From a virus, in IMG/VR virus record IMGVR_UViG_3300037346_000623, positions 53,266 through 117,265 of that record: a stretch of 64,000 bases of DNA. One strand, given 5' to 3'. Each line of letters opens with the position of its first letter. The first letter of the stretch is position 1. Both the position numbers and the translations under genes were made by a program. Of the stretch, positions 21,967-34,154 are shown one piece after another. A model generated the notes under the pieces. The model did no database searches. It saw only the letters and a list, made by a program, of their open reading frames with translations, and was not told where the DNA came from.

Positions 21967-22596
21967 TTAGATTGCAAATATCATTCCCCACATTTCCTGC
22001 CTATATTCATCCAATTTTCCAATCTCGTCTTTTATTTTTAAATTGTCGACATAGTCACTTTTCTCTGGAATGAATGTATAATTATCATCATATTTTATAT
22101 AAAATTTACTATATCCAACATTTGTTAAGTGATCTACGGATTCAAGAATTTCAGATTTTAGTTCTTCTGCCCATTCGAATGCTATCAGGCCTTGATATTT
22201 TCTGATACCCTTTATTACTACCATTTCGTATCCTTCAACGTCTATTTTTATATAGTCAGAATCTCCATATATTTCAATAAGTGTATCTAGTGATATTGTT
22301 TCTACTGTTATTGGTTCTCTGTATCCAATAGTGGAGAATCTGGAGTAATTTGTCCATTTTTCTGATGCTGTTGATATTGTATTAGTATCGCAAATATAGA
22401 AATTGGTATTAATACCATCTAAATCTGATAGGCATTTACCTACTATTTTAATTTTTTCATTATTCCCAAACTTATCCTTTAGTATATCAACTAGTTCAGG
22501 GTTTGCCTCTACCATTATAATTTCACAGTCTGCGTATTGTTGCAAGATCGCTTCAGTGAAATTTCCTAGATTTGCACCTATATCATATATTCTCAT
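21967..22596 (-). CDS. FkbM-family methyltransferase (likely start MRIYDIG)
   Basis: DIGANLG, VEANP, IKIDVEGYE. Confidence 0.9.
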   Translation of the reverse strand: MRIYDIGANLGNFTEAILQQYADCEIIMVEANPELVDILKDKFGNNEKIKIVGKCLSDLDGINTNFYICDTNTISTASEKWTNYSRFSTIGYREPITVETISLDTLIEIYGDSDYIKIDVEGYEMVVIKGIRKYQGLIAFEWAEELKSEILESVDHLTNVGYSKFYIKYDDNYTFIPEKSDYVDNLKIKDEIGKLDEYRQEMWGMIFAI

Positions 22597-22600
22597 ATTC

Positions 22601-23224
22601 TCATTTTTTAATATAAAGGGCATCGCCCCATTCGAATTCAGTCATCTGTGTTTCTACCCTTATAAATCCAAATTCTTCTAGATATAGATCGATATCGGAT
22701 AATAGAGCACAATCTACATACAGTTTTTCAGTGTTTATTTCTGTGTAAATATATTTAATGTTATTCAGTAGATTACCAAACCCCTTTAATGCAAGTAATT
22801 CTGCTCCCTGTATATCAATATTTAAGAAATCATACTTTTCAATATTTATTAAATTTTCCTTTATTAGAGAATCCATCCTTTTTGTCTTCATGTCTATTAT
22901 TTCACTTACATAGATATGGGGATGGTGTATTTTATGTTTACCTAGTTCTAATATTGATGAGGATTGCCCATTATTTGTTATGTTGAATTTTATTACATCA
23001 TCATCATTATCTGATATTGCTGAATTAAATATTAGCTCCTCTGAATCTGTACCTAATATCTCATGAAGAGACAAAGAGATTTTAGGGTTTGCCTCAATCC
23101 ATATTGTATTATTAAGACCATTAGAAAGATAATCATGTCTTTCCTCCATTAGATGTGCTCCTATATGAATTACACCCTTTGGCTTCCCGTATTTATTAAC
23201 TATGTCGTTAAATTTTATTAACAT
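22601..23224 (-). CDS. FkbM-family methyltransferase
   Basis: HIGAH, IEANP, SSSIL, NIDIQGAEL, WGDALY. Confidence 0.9.
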   Translation of the reverse strand: MLIKFNDIVNKYGKPKGVIHIGAHLMEERHDYLSNGLNNTIWIEANPKISLSLHEILGTDSEELIFNSAISDNDDDVIKFNITNNGQSSSILELGKHKIHHPHIYVSEIIDMKTKRMDSLIKENLINIEKYDFLNIDIQGAELLALKGFGNLLNNIKYIYTEINTEKLYVDCALLSDIDLYLEEFGFIRVETQMTEFEWGDALYIKK

Positions 23225-23234
23225 ATTTTTTATA

Positions 23235-23930
23235 TTATTTTTTTATCTGGTATAAGTATTTATTTTTATTTAAGATGTCCTGAATTGTAAACGGAAGCTG
23301 CTTTGCATTAAAATTACTTTTTGAGTGGATCCTATGGGAAACCAGGATTTTTTGTATATTATGAAAGGTTTTATTTTTTTTTGATAACCTTATCCAGAAA
23401 TCAAAATCCTCCATCCCCTCTACCGTTTCATCCCACCCACCTATTTCAATCGCATCTGAAGTTCTGAATAAAGATGAAGAATTTATTATTTGATTATGTC
23501 CCAATGAAAACCCGCTCCTTATTTCGATGTCATTCTGATCTAAATATAGAGCGTTTGTTCTGTTATTATCTATATCTATATAATATGCCAGCGTACCAAT
23601 TACATCAAAATCTTCGCATATTTCAATTTGTAATTTTAGTTTATTTTTTTCCCATAAATCATCACCATCTATTAATGAAATATATTTTGTATCTACGATA
23701 GATAATAATTTATTTAACGTTTTTGCCTTTCCTTTATCTTTCCCATAATCTATTATATTAAATCTGTTGTCATCTCCAATTAGAAATTTTGCTATTTCCC
23801 TGCTGGAGTCTATGGTTCCATTAAATGCTATTAGACATTTGTAATCAACGAAGTCCTGATTCAATATGCTTTTAATTGTATATGCCAGAAATTCTTCATC
23901 ATTATAAACAGGTAGTAGTATTGTTATCAT
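23235..23930 (-). CDS. GT2 glycosyltransferase
   Basis: ILLPVYN, DGDD, GGWD...EDFDFWIR. Confidence 0.92.
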   Translation of the reverse strand: MITILLPVYNDEEFLAYTIKSILNQDFVDYKCLIAFNGTIDSSREIAKFLIGDDNRFNIIDYGKDKGKAKTLNKLLSIVDTKYISLIDGDDLWEKNKLKLQIEICEDFDVIGTLAYYIDIDNNRTNALYLDQNDIEIRSGFSLGHNQIINSSSLFRTSDAIEIGGWDETVEGMEDFDFWIRLSKKNKTFHNIQKILVSHRIHSKSNFNAKQLPFTIQDILNKNKYLYQIKK

Positions 23931-23933
23931 AAT

Positions 23934-24728
23934 TTATATGATGATCCAATTTTTACAATATACGTCGCTTGGATCCTTCTGCATATATGGTCCAAACCAA
24001 TTTGATGGGGCTATTGTTTTTTTACTGTTTGCTAGCCAAGAACCCCACCAGCTAAATGAACTATTTGCTATTATGTGGCCATAGCACAGTGACATTAAAT
24101 ACATATCAATATAGGGACTTCCTGATTCAATTATTATTGAATTATTTATAGATAGATTTTGTCTGCACCATTCAGGATCATCAGAAAATATATAGAAATT
24201 TGAATTTGCATCGAAGTGTTTCATTGCCTCTGTGTAATATTCCACTGTCTGCGTAGGATGATGCCCAGGTGAAGTTAAATAATCTCCTCTTCTGACATGG
24301 ATAGACACACCATTTTCTATTTTTATATAATTTTTCGAATTTTCTATTATATTGTCTCTGAATGTAAAAATTTCTTTTATTTCTGGCTCTATAAAATTGA
24401 AATATTTTTCAGTTTGAAAATATCCAGATAATGAAGTCGAATCTGGTAACATCTCTGTTTGATGATTAAACACAAAATCATTTTCATAATATATGTGATT
24501 TATTGGTATTTCCCCACCGGGTTTTATTAGATTTTTTGGTATATTAAAACATTCCAATAATTTACAGCCGTCATATGAATTTGAATCTAATCCTTGTTGG
24601 AATTTTTCTTCTGGAAAAACTGGATCGAATCCAAGTTTTCTAGCTATTCCCACTGTTGAAGCAAATTGAAACATTTGGTTACCAAATCTTCCCATATGTC
24701 CAATATTATTAAAAGTTATCATAATCAA
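23934..24728 (-). CDS. GT11 alpha-1,2-fucosyltransferase
   Basis: GRFGNQMFQ, GYFQ.EKYF, HVRRGDY, FSDD..WC, NSSFSWW. Confidence 0.95.
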   Translation of the reverse strand: MIMITFNNIGHMGRFGNQMFQFASTVGIARKLGFDPVFPEEKFQQGLDSNSYDGCKLLECFNIPKNLIKPGGEIPINHIYYENDFVFNHQTEMLPDSTSLSGYFQTEKYFNFIEPEIKEIFTFRDNIIENSKNYIKIENGVSIHVRRGDYLTSPGHHPTQTVEYYTEAMKHFDANSNFYIFSDDPEWCRQNLSINNSIIIESGSPYIDMYLMSLCYGHIIANSSFSWWGSWLANSKKTIAPSNWFGPYMQKDPSDVYCKNWIII

Positions 24729-24818
24729 TTATTTTTAATTTTACTCATTTTTATTAGTTTTGTTCCGTTTTAACGGAACAAAAAGTTATAAATAATCTAA
24801 AAATATAAAAGTGAAGTT

Positions 24819-25475
24819 ATGAAAAAATTATCAGTCGTTGTTCCATATAGAGATAGGGAAAATCATCTCAAACAATTTATACCATATATGGAAAAATGGT
24901 TAACTAATGAAGAAATTCAATTTGAAATAATAATAGTGAATCAATCTGACGATAAGGGATTTAATAGAGCAAAGCTTTTAAATATAGGATTTAAAGAAAC
25001 TGAGAATTGTGATTATCACGTTTTTCATGATGTTGATATGCTTCCGACAGATTCTGACTATGATTATACTGATGGGCCTACACATCTAGCTTCACAGGCT
25101 GAACAATTTGGCTATAAGCTTCCTTATGATGGTTACTTCGGCGGTGTTACCATTTTCGACAAACCTAGCTTTGTTAAAATAAATGGATATTCTAATGATT
25201 ATTGGGGATGGGGAGCAGAGGATGATGATGTATTATATAGATGTTCAATAATGGGAATTCAGATCTATAGAAAACAATGCAAATATAAATCTTTAGATCA
25301 CGAAAGAAACATAGAGCATGATCCTTACATGAAAAATATCAATAAATTAAATACCTTTATTAATAGTGCTTCCGAGGAATCTATAATGAATGACGGACTA
25401 ACAAATTTAAAATATAATAAAATAGATGATAAAATGCTAACCAAACACACTAGATTTATAACCGTGGATATCTAA
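24819..25475 (+). CDS. GT7 beta-1,4-galactosyltransferase-like
   Basis: VPYRDR, FNRAKLLN.G, HDVD, YFGGV, NGYSN.YWGWG.EDDD. Confidence 0.93.
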   Translation: MKKLSVVVPYRDRENHLKQFIPYMEKWLTNEEIQFEIIIVNQSDDKGFNRAKLLNIGFKETENCDYHVFHDVDMLPTDSDYDYTDGPTHLASQAEQFGYKLPYDGYFGGVTIFDKPSFVKINGYSNDYWGWGAEDDDVLYRCSIMGIQIYRKQCKYKSLDHERNIEHDPYMKNINKLNTFINSASEESIMNDGLTNLKYNKIDDKMLTKHTRFITVDI

Positions 25476-25693
25476 AAATTGCTCTTGAGATCACTAAGAA
25501 CCCTATCCACTGTATTTTTTAGATGCTCCATATTTTTACTTAGCATTTCTGGATCATCATTTTTCAATAAATAGCTTATTGTTTCTAGCGATCCTAATGA
25601 ATATGCTATTCTACTTTTAAGTATAGAGTTTTCTATTAATAACTCTGTTGTTCCTTTTGTTCCTTTATTTTCATCGTCTGGAAATATACACAT
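25472..25693 (-). CDS. Hypothetical protein
   Basis: 73 aa ORF. Confidence 0.5.
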   Translation of the reverse strand: MCIFPDDENKGTKGTTELLIENSILKSRIAYSLGSLETISYLLKNDDPEMLSKNMEHLKNTVDRVLSDLKSNF

Positions 25694-25780
25694 CTTATTT
25701 TATTTTTATGATATATAATCCAAATCGGAAAAAAATCAAAAATCAAAAAAAAGCCTAGATATTATCTAGGCTTTTTTGTG

Positions 25781-27874
25781 CTATTTCTTTTTTGTTGTCA
25801 CCCTGACTTTTACTGGTGGCTGTATTCCACCATCCTTGGGTTTGTCAAATGATAAAGTTATCGTATCACCTTCTGATATTTTTGTTTGTACCATTAAATC
25901 CGCTAGTGTGTCCTCTATATACTTCTGTATTATTCTCTTTAATGGTCTAGCTCCAAATTTTGGATTAAATCCATCCTCACATATCTTTTCTTTAAGATCC
26001 TGTGAAACCTTTATTTTATAGCCAAGTGATTCTATTCTTGACAGGGTTTTTGTTAATTCAACATCAAGAATATCAAGCATGTTTTCCTTACCAAGTTCCT
26101 TAAAGTAAATAATATCATCCAATCTATTTATGAATTCAGGTGAGAATTTTTTTTCAAGCTCTTTTTTAAGAAGTGCTTCATTTTCGAATTCTTTATTTGC
26201 TGATTTTGCCGATGTTATAAATCCACTACTTGTACCAAACTCTGATAATTTTCTTTGTCCGACATTTGATGTTAGAATAATTAGTGTATTTTTAAAATTT
26301 ATTTTTCTTCCCTGTCCATCTGTTAAATGACCCTCGTCCAATATTTGTAAAAGAGTATTAAATATCTCCGGGTGTGCCTTTTCGATCTCGTCGAATAATA
26401 CAATTGAATATGGTTTTCTTCTGACCTTTTCTGTTAATTGCCCACCGTCCTCGTGACCAACATATCCTGGGGGTGCACCAAACATTTTGGTTGCATCAAA
26501 CTTTTCACCATATTCACTCATGTCGATTCTTATTAATGAATCGCTTTCGCCAAACATATGTTTAGCAAGTTCCTTCGCTAATTGGGTTTTACCAACCCCA
26601 GTAGGACCAAGAAAAAGAAACGTTCCTATTGGCTTATTTGGATCCTTTATTCCCATTCTATTTCTTAAAACTGCTCTTGATACTTTTTCTATTGCATCAT
26701 CTTGCCCAATAACTCTGCCTTTAAGATCAGTACTCATATTAGCAAGCTTAAAGTTTTCGTCCTGATTTACTTTTTTAAGTGGTACACCTGACATCATAGC
26801 TACTACCTCAGCAACCCTTTCCCCGTCAACAGTTTTCTTTTTACCTTTAAACTTTGCCTCCCAAAGTTTTATTTCTGATTCAAGTGACACCTCTGTATGT
26901 CTTTGTAGATCTCTATATTTTGCTGCTCCCTCGTAATCTTGCTTTTTAACTGCAAGACTCTTATCGATTGCTATTTGTGATAGATTTTTTTCCAGCCTTG
27001 TTATTGTCTCCGGTACTTTAACGTCGTTTAGCTGGGTTCTACTGCCTGCTTCGTCTAATGCATCTAAAGCCTTATCCGGGAAGTTACGATCTGTTATATA
27101 GCGTTCTGTGAGCTTTACGCAATTGATTATGGCATCATCCGTGTACTTTACGTTGTGATGATCCTCATATTTGGATTTTACGCTGTTTAAAATTTCTATT
27201 GTTGTTTCTATATCCGGTGGATTTACAAGTACCTTCTGAAATCTTCTCTCTAGTGCACCATCTTTCTCAATATGTTGACGATATTCATTAAGTGTTGTTG
27301 CACCGATGCATTGTATCTCCCCTCTAGCTAATGCAGGCTTAAACATATTCGATGCATCAAGTGATCCTGATGATCCGCCTGCACCAATAATAGTATGTAG
27401 CTCGTCGATAAAAATAATAATGTCTCTATTCTTTTTAAGCTCATCTATAATCGCTTTAATTCTCTCCTCGAACTGTCCTCTATATTTAGTTCCGGCTACT
27501 AGTGAACCCATATCTAGGGTTAGAATTCTTTTGTTCAGTAGGGTTTGAGAAACCTTTCTCTGAACTATTTTTAGAGCTAATCCCTCAGCTATTGCTGATT
27601 TACCAACACCTGGTTCCCCTATGAGAACCGGATTATTTTTTTTCCTCCTTGAAAGTATTTGTGATATTCTTTCAATCTCTGGATCCCTGCCTATAATAGG
27701 ATCGAGTTCCCCTCTTGATGCCATATCTGTTAGATCGGTGGAATGTGAGTCCAGTATTGGTGTTTTATCTGTACCTTTTTTAGACTTATATTCGCTTTGG
27801 TAATCCTCATCTCCTCCTCCTGTGTATTGGTCCATTGACGGTGAGATTTTCTTTTTGTAGTCTTCTTTTTTCAT
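25781..27874 (-). CDS. clpC: ClpC-type AAA+ chaperone lacking the N-terminal repeat domain
   Basis: GEPGVGKS and GPTGVGKT Walker A motifs, UVR-like AV..QDYE.AA.YRD, FGARPLKR. Confidence 0.9.
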   Translation of the reverse strand: MKKEDYKKKISPSMDQYTGGGDEDYQSEYKSKKGTDKTPILDSHSTDLTDMASRGELDPIIGRDPEIERISQILSRRKKNNPVLIGEPGVGKSAIAEGLALKIVQRKVSQTLLNKRILTLDMGSLVAGTKYRGQFEERIKAIIDELKKNRDIIIFIDELHTIIGAGGSSGSLDASNMFKPALARGEIQCIGATTLNEYRQHIEKDGALERRFQKVLVNPPDIETTIEILNSVKSKYEDHHNVKYTDDAIINCVKLTERYITDRNFPDKALDALDEAGSRTQLNDVKVPETITRLEKNLSQIAIDKSLAVKKQDYEGAAKYRDLQRHTEVSLESEIKLWEAKFKGKKKTVDGERVAEVVAMMSGVPLKKVNQDENFKLANMSTDLKGRVIGQDDAIEKVSRAVLRNRMGIKDPNKPIGTFLFLGPTGVGKTQLAKELAKHMFGESDSLIRIDMSEYGEKFDATKMFGAPPGYVGHEDGGQLTEKVRRKPYSIVLFDEIEKAHPEIFNTLLQILDEGHLTDGQGRKINFKNTLIILTSNVGQRKLSEFGTSSGFITSAKSANKEFENEALLKKELEKKFSPEFINRLDDIIYFKELGKENMLDILDVELTKTLSRIESLGYKIKVSQDLKEKICEDGFNPKFGARPLKRIIQKYIEDTLADLMVQTKISEGDTITLSFDKPKDGGIQPPVKVRVTTKKK

Positions 27875-28017
27875 AAAAAATTTTATCCTTTATTTTATGC
27901 AAATATAGAATAAAATTTCGGAAAATTAAAATAATTTTATGGATAATATTTTGATTATTTATTTTTCTTGATATAAAAAGAAATAGCGGCATTTAATTTA
28001 TATATTCAGTCCTATTT

Positions 28018-30431
28018 TTATTCGTTAATATTTTTAATTGTTAATATATTTGATCCGTCATAATACGAAAGTCTATTTGTACCGTTCGAATTTTTGAATA
28101 TGGTATTATTTGCTATTGTATAAACTATTGGCATATCACTAATGCCAGATATAGTAATTGCTAAATCTGCAGCATTGCCCATAAATTGTGAGGCACTAAT
28201 AACAATCTCATCACCTATATTATAGCCATATCCTCTGTTATCTACATTAACCAAGGTCACAATACCATTTGAAATTGTTATCTCGAAATTTGCGTTGTTA
28301 CCCTGACCTGTTGTTGAGGTTTGAATAACTGTGTAAATGTTATCCCCAGATAAAGACGTTGGTGTTGTGTTTGTAAATGTATCAATGTTACCTAAATTAG
28401 TTGTAAAATCAATATTATTAACATCATAAGCTTTAATATCATTTGATTGAAAATAATCTCCAACCGTATTATTTCTAAATAAATCTTCTATTGTGTTACT
28501 CCAAAAGTTCTCTCCTATTTCATTATTAAAAAAACTATTTTTAATTACATTACCCCTAGATTCATCACCATCATAGCCAAATCCATTACTGATAGTATTA
28601 CCAAAAAAATCATCACCTATGGTGCTAAATGAAAATGAACCATTTATAAGATTAAACATAAACGTATTACCTATGTTGTTACTAAATATAGAACCAGAAA
28701 AGAAATTATTTGTTATATCGGATCCGATATTATTTTTTAAAAAAGATGATGATATTTCATTATATGCAAAATTAAACTTTATTTTATTATTGGTGAAGTT
28801 TTGTAAAATGGTATTACCCTCAAACCCATCCATAATTTCATTACTAATAAAAATATAGTTATCAATATTATTTGAATCACCAATAGTATTTGTGTTAAAT
28901 TGATTACCAATTTGATTGCTTGAAACCCCATTATATACAGAATTTTGATAGAATTGGTTTAATATATTATTATCTGTAAAGTTGGTGATTATCGTATTAT
29001 TTTGAAAATTTGCACCGATGTTATTCTGATAGAAACTACCACTATTAATATTAACCGAATCTCCTATTATATTATTTTCAAAATATTCGCTAATTATATT
29101 ATTATTAAAATTATTATATATTGAATTATTTTTAAATTCGTTGGTGATTAGATTATCGTAAACCTCCGGATATAAATTATTACTAATAAACATATTTCCG
29201 ATATTATTTTTATAGAAATCACTATAAATTTTATTATCCTGAAATTGTACTCCTATTATATTATTTTGAAACGCTGAATTTATGAAATTGTTATTGAAAT
29301 CGTCGCTAATGTTATTACTATTAAACTCACCTTTAATTATATTGTTATAGAAATAAGTACTGATAATATTATTAACACAATAACCATTAAATGTGTTATT
29401 ATATGAAAGCTCCCCTATTTTATTATTCAAACATGGTCCCGCTAGAAAAACGTTATTTGATAATAGGAAATATCCTGCATTTTCAGCAAGGTATATATTA
29501 GAATAGTTTCCGATGTAATTATTTATAGCGTTCGTATTATTTATAGCATCCCCGAATGTTGTGCTCTCTATAAAATCATTAATATCAAAATTTGGTTGGT
29601 GATGATTAATATATCCGTCCGAATCTGCCGTGTAATATTTTGAAGGTCCTGTGTTGAAAATTGACTCATTCGATATGGTTGCTGTGAAATCATCATCGAT
29701 ACTAACAACTTTAAAAAATAATTCGCTGTTATCGATTCCTATTATTTGATTTGGAACTAGATCGCTAGTAAATGTTGTATCTGTACCTGTAAGTGTGTAT
29801 CCATCGATATTAACCAAACCATTTAATTGATATGACTTAGAATACCCCTGATACCTTTTAAATAAGATTGTCCTGTGATCGTAATCTGTTCTATTACTGA
29901 ACTCGTCAATTCTTTCTGTTATCCTACCATATGCAGTTCCGTTCGGTTAAACGAAATATCATAAGCAATCTTATCCTTCGGATGATTCGGTTGGTAAGCA
30001 TCAAGCGCCAAAGTACTTGGTGATGTTGCTAATACTAAGATTGGCTCAATGCTTGCTGTTTTATAATTACCTGTTAGAATTGGATTTTTATTATAATCAA
30101 AATCTGGCTGATCGTAACAGGTTTGAAAATCTGTTATTAAATAATACGAACCAGAAATAAGCACATTCATATCAACTGCTAAGGATATTTGTGAATATGT
30201 CATCTCTATTACCCCCTGACCCGCTTGTCCTGTAGGACCCGCTTGTCCTGTAGGACCCTCTTGTCCTGTAACCCCTGAATAATATGGAAGTTGCGACCAC
30301 GGGGTTTGTCCATCACCCATCTTGAATTTTCTAGAGTCCATCTCATATCAGGGTTCACCTGACATCAATACTGGATCGTTATAATTCCAATTTTGTGATA
30401 GATCTCTTCTGAGTAGTATTCTATATGGCAT
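28018..30431 (-). pseudogene. Interrupted tail-fibre-like gene (N-terminal attachment domain, collagen stretch, Asn-rich beta-helix repeats)
   Basis: ATG 30431 [10 protein letters not shown]..., in-frame TGA at 30348-30350, frameshift near 29940 joining ORFs 29919-30341 and 28018-29817. Confidence 0.75.
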
Positions 30432-30866
30432 ATTGCTATATTATTTATACTTATATATCAATATATTTGCACACAAACAGGAACCCAGAGAAGCTCATTT
30501 TTAATAAAATATATCTTTACCTGCACTAGTGCAACTGTTATTATACATAATTAAATTAATTAGTAAAAATACAACTGTAATTTTTATACTTTCTTCCATA
30601 AATAGTTTTGTTTTAAATTGATAGTTAAAAATAATACAAAAAACCCACAAATAAAAATTTGTGGGTACAAAGTTATTAACAAAAGTTATATGTTAGGTAA
30701 AATTTGCTAAAGTATAGCCTAATCGAATTTCTTCGGCTGTTCCGTAATATTCTTCTATTATGCAATCTTCATCATTTCTCCAGTAGGAAATAGTTTGCCG
30801 GTTTATTAAAGTTCCATCTATTTCAACTTGATAGCCATTAATCTGATAAATAAAATTGTACATGGT

Positions 30867-31532
30867 TTAAAATATTATTTTTGCGTTTGCGTATATTCTA
30901 ACTGCAGTTGGTGCAGTTGCCCACGGCGGAGACGGCGTGGTCCAAACTAAGTGTATTAAATTTCCAGAATTAACTACAAGTGGCGTGTTCAATATATAAT
31001 TAGTCCATATTCCATTAGTGCTATTTGTTTGAACTGCATTCGATACGACACTAGTTATTCCGGTAGTTACGTTGCCGATTGAAAAAGTACTAAACTCACC
31101 TGAACCTGTAGTTGTAGCTGGGTAACGTAAAATAGAAACTTCTGTTAATGTGCCTGTAACTTGAACTTGTATTTGTCGATACTGTACTGGTGTTATTGCT
31201 GGGGGTAAATCAGTTACCCCTCCAATATAATAAGTACTTCCCCCTGTATTTGCTGGTGATATTATACTTGCACCAAATCGTATAAAAGCATTTCTATTTC
31301 CTGTAACCCCTGGTCCGGTAGCTCCTTGTGGTCCGGTAGCACCTTGACTTCCAGTAGCACCTATAGATTCCGGATCAATCCAGAATGGTAAATAATTCCA
31401 AGGAGTAGCCCCGTCACCGATTTTAATTTTTCCTGTGTCTGTTTCGTAACCAAATTCCCCGCTTAATAGCGTTGGGTTATTTATTATCCATTTACCAGAT
31501 GGATCCCTTCTTATCTGAACTCTAAATGCCAT
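30867..31532 (-). CDS. Short fibre/decoration protein with collagen-like stretch
   Basis: MAFRVQIRRD...W...NP.LL.GE.GYETDT.K.KIGDG.T.W..L, GAT/GPQ triplets. Confidence 0.75.
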   Translation of the reverse strand: MAFRVQIRRDPSGKWIINNPTLLSGEFGYETDTGKIKIGDGATPWNYLPFWIDPESIGATGSQGATGPQGATGPGVTGNRNAFIRFGASIISPANTGGSTYYIGGVTDLPPAITPVQYRQIQVQVTGTLTEVSILRYPATTTGSGEFSTFSIGNVTTGITSVVSNAVQTNSTNGIWTNYILNTPLVVNSGNLIHLVWTTPSPPWATAPTAVRIYANAKIIF

Positions 31533-31545
31533 TTTTCTTTTTTTT

Positions 31546-32175
<630 letters not shown>

Positions 32176-32222
32176 TTTGGTTTGATTTTTTTACTTCTTT
32201 GTATATATTTAATTATTACGCC

Positions 32223-33029
32223 TTAATTTCTTCTGGCTGCTAATACTTTATTGTAATCCATTCTTATCTTATTTACTGATAATATATCTTTTATCTGAAC
32301 ATCACTTTCATTATACCATTTTTTATATTCTGTATCAGATTCAATTGGATCGTAATTCATCTTATATGGTTGATCATCAACGTCTATTAATTCGTTTTTG
32401 CTGTATGTTTTATAATCAACTATTAGCTCTATTGTCGTGTTGCCAGTCTTTCGAATCCAATCTTTATAAAATTGCACGAATTCTCTTATACCTGTAACTA
32501 AATCTATACACCCAATGGATCCTGGTAAACTTCCGCCGTGTAGAAAAAATCCACTTCTACCGAGAGTATTTGTTCCTTTCTGTGGGATTATTGCAAATCT
32601 AAAATTTCCCCAAGCTATTCTGGATGGATCTGTTATCTCTTTGAAGTTATCGCTGCTTAGTGTTACCTCGTTATCGGGAAGGAGAAAAACAGTCTGCTTA
32701 GCTAATGTCAATTTTACAAAATTTTCATCGTTTCTCCATCTTGCATTAAGATCTCTTTCCTCAGTTGGGTCTAATTTATATTTTCCCTGTGGTATTGGAC
32801 CTTCAGCTTTTATTTTTGACCATTCGACAGGAGACATGTTATATCTTCTCATCCACGAATCTGGCTTAACATACCATTGGTAATAGCTTCTTCCCGAACA
32901 TGCTTTCCATGATTTGATGACTCTACCGTTCTCTATGAAATCTAATTTATTTCCATTGAACAATAGATGAGCTGAATCCTGAGATTCTGCTTCATTAATA
33001 AATACTTTAAAGTTTAATATATTTTGCAT
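32223..33029 (-). CDS. L,D-transpeptidase-fold (Tlde1/DUF2778-like) protein
   Basis: GPIP.G.Y, R.GFFLHGG...GS.GCI catalytic His/Cys motif. Confidence 0.7.
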   Translation of the reverse strand: MQNILNFKVFINEAESQDSAHLLFNGNKLDFIENGRVIKSWKACSGRSYYQWYVKPDSWMRRYNMSPVEWSKIKAEGPIPQGKYKLDPTEERDLNARWRNDENFVKLTLAKQTVFLLPDNEVTLSSDNFKEITDPSRIAWGNFRFAIIPQKGTNTLGRSGFFLHGGSLPGSIGCIDLVTGIREFVQFYKDWIRKTGNTTIELIVDYKTYSKNELIDVDDQPYKMNYDPIESDTEYKKWYNESDVQIKDILSVNKIRMDYNKVLAARRN

Positions 33030-33149
33030 TTATAGGCTTGTTTATAATCGAATACGACAAGCTATATATTCAAAAAGTATCCAACTATTTTCACTATAAA
33101 CAAAAAAACCCAGATATTGATATCTGGGTTTTTTTAACTATTGTGATTG

Positions 33150-33479
33150 TTATTTCTGTTTTTTAAGAATAGCTGCTTGTAATGCTTTTGGTAGAGTTTT
33201 TTGTTTAGCACTTAGTCCTTTTTTTGGTGTTTTTATTGTATCACCATCATTTTCTTTTTTATCTGCTGCTGCTTTTTTCATGGATTCTTCCTTGTCTCCG
33301 TCTTTATCCAGATCAAGAAAATCAGGTTTTGCTTTGCTTTTTGATTTATCCACTGATTTAGCTTCTCTCTTAGCTTTCTGTTTATCCAGATAAGCCTTAA
33401 ATCCTGCATTCATTTTTTCAGTTAGGATATTTTCTGATTCTCCACCAGAGAAGCTTTCGAATGTTTCTATATTTTTCAT
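33150..33479 (-). CDS. Small basic protein with DLDKDGD (EF-hand-like) motif
   Basis: Start MKNIETFESF; late box at 33503. Confidence 0.7.
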   Translation of the reverse strand: MKNIETFESFSGGESENILTEKMNAGFKAYLDKQKAKREAKSVDKSKSKAKPDFLDLDKDGDKEESMKKAAADKKENDGDTIKTPKKGLSAKQKTLPKALQAAILKKQK

Positions 33480-33654
33480 ATTTGAATTATTTTTATCTAT
33501 TCTATATATCAAAAAATTAAAAAAAAACATAAAAAAAACGATAGATTTTTAAACTATCGTTTTTTAAATATACTGGACTATTCTGTACGCCCTTTAACCC
33601 AACTAGTTAACATCATTGGTACTCCCTGTTAATTCAGACCGAGTATATTTTTAG

Positions 33655-33724
33655 TAGCGTAACGTGGACTCGAACCACCCCCCAAGCTTATGAGACTTAG
33701 ATGCAACCTTTACACTTTAACGCA
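33655..33724 (-). tRNA. tRNA-Met(CAT), degenerate/initiator-like
   Basis: CTCATAA loop, GTGG-TTCGAGT-CCAC T arm, mismatched acceptor. Confidence 0.6.
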
Positions 33725-33734
33725 ATATTTATTG

Positions 33735-33806
33735 TAGCCCGTAGGGGAGTCGAACCCCTCTTTCCAGGATGAAAACCTGACGATCTAACCGATAGTCGAA
33801 CGGGCC
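33735..33806 (-). tRNA. tRNA-Glu(TTC)
   Basis: Cloverleaf, TCAGG-TTTTCAT-CCTGG. Confidence 0.92.
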
Positions 33807-33811
33807 GGTTA

Positions 33812-33959
33812 AGAAATAATGATGGAGTACCCATTTCGCTCCATTCTTAAGTGCTTCCTCAGTTTTACTGTGCACAGGCACTGTCCTTTGCAGGGGGTGA
33901 TGAATTTCTTAATCTGTTCATGATGTCGACATCAATGTGCAGGAAATCCCATTATTTCT
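33812..33959 (-). ncRNA. Putative structured RNA closed by terminal stem
   Basis: AGAAATAATG...CATTATTTCT ends, internal hairpins, GC above background, no ORF. Confidence 0.5.
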
Positions 33960-34074
33960 AGATTCCTATTTTATTGCCAGTTCTTGATGCTTTTCTGTAT
34001 TTAGATAAGCTGTTCTATTGTTTCTGTAAGTCTATTCGCTATAAATAGCGGACTGTTTGGAATAAAATAAAATG

Positions 34075-34148
34075 TGGTCCCTGTAGGGCTTGAACCTACG
34101 ACCCCCTGATTATGAGTCAGGTGCTCTAACCAACTGAGCTAAGAGACC
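34075..34148 (-). tRNA. tRNA(CAT), Ile2 or Met
   Basis: CCTGA-CTCATAA-TCAGG, canonical D and T arms. Confidence 0.9.
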
Positions 34149-34154
34149 GATAAT

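Noticed and set aside
33820-33870. Hammerhead ribozyme (CTGAGGA...CGAAA on the minus strand)
   Set aside because: Could not build stem II or the flanking stems with the required pairing
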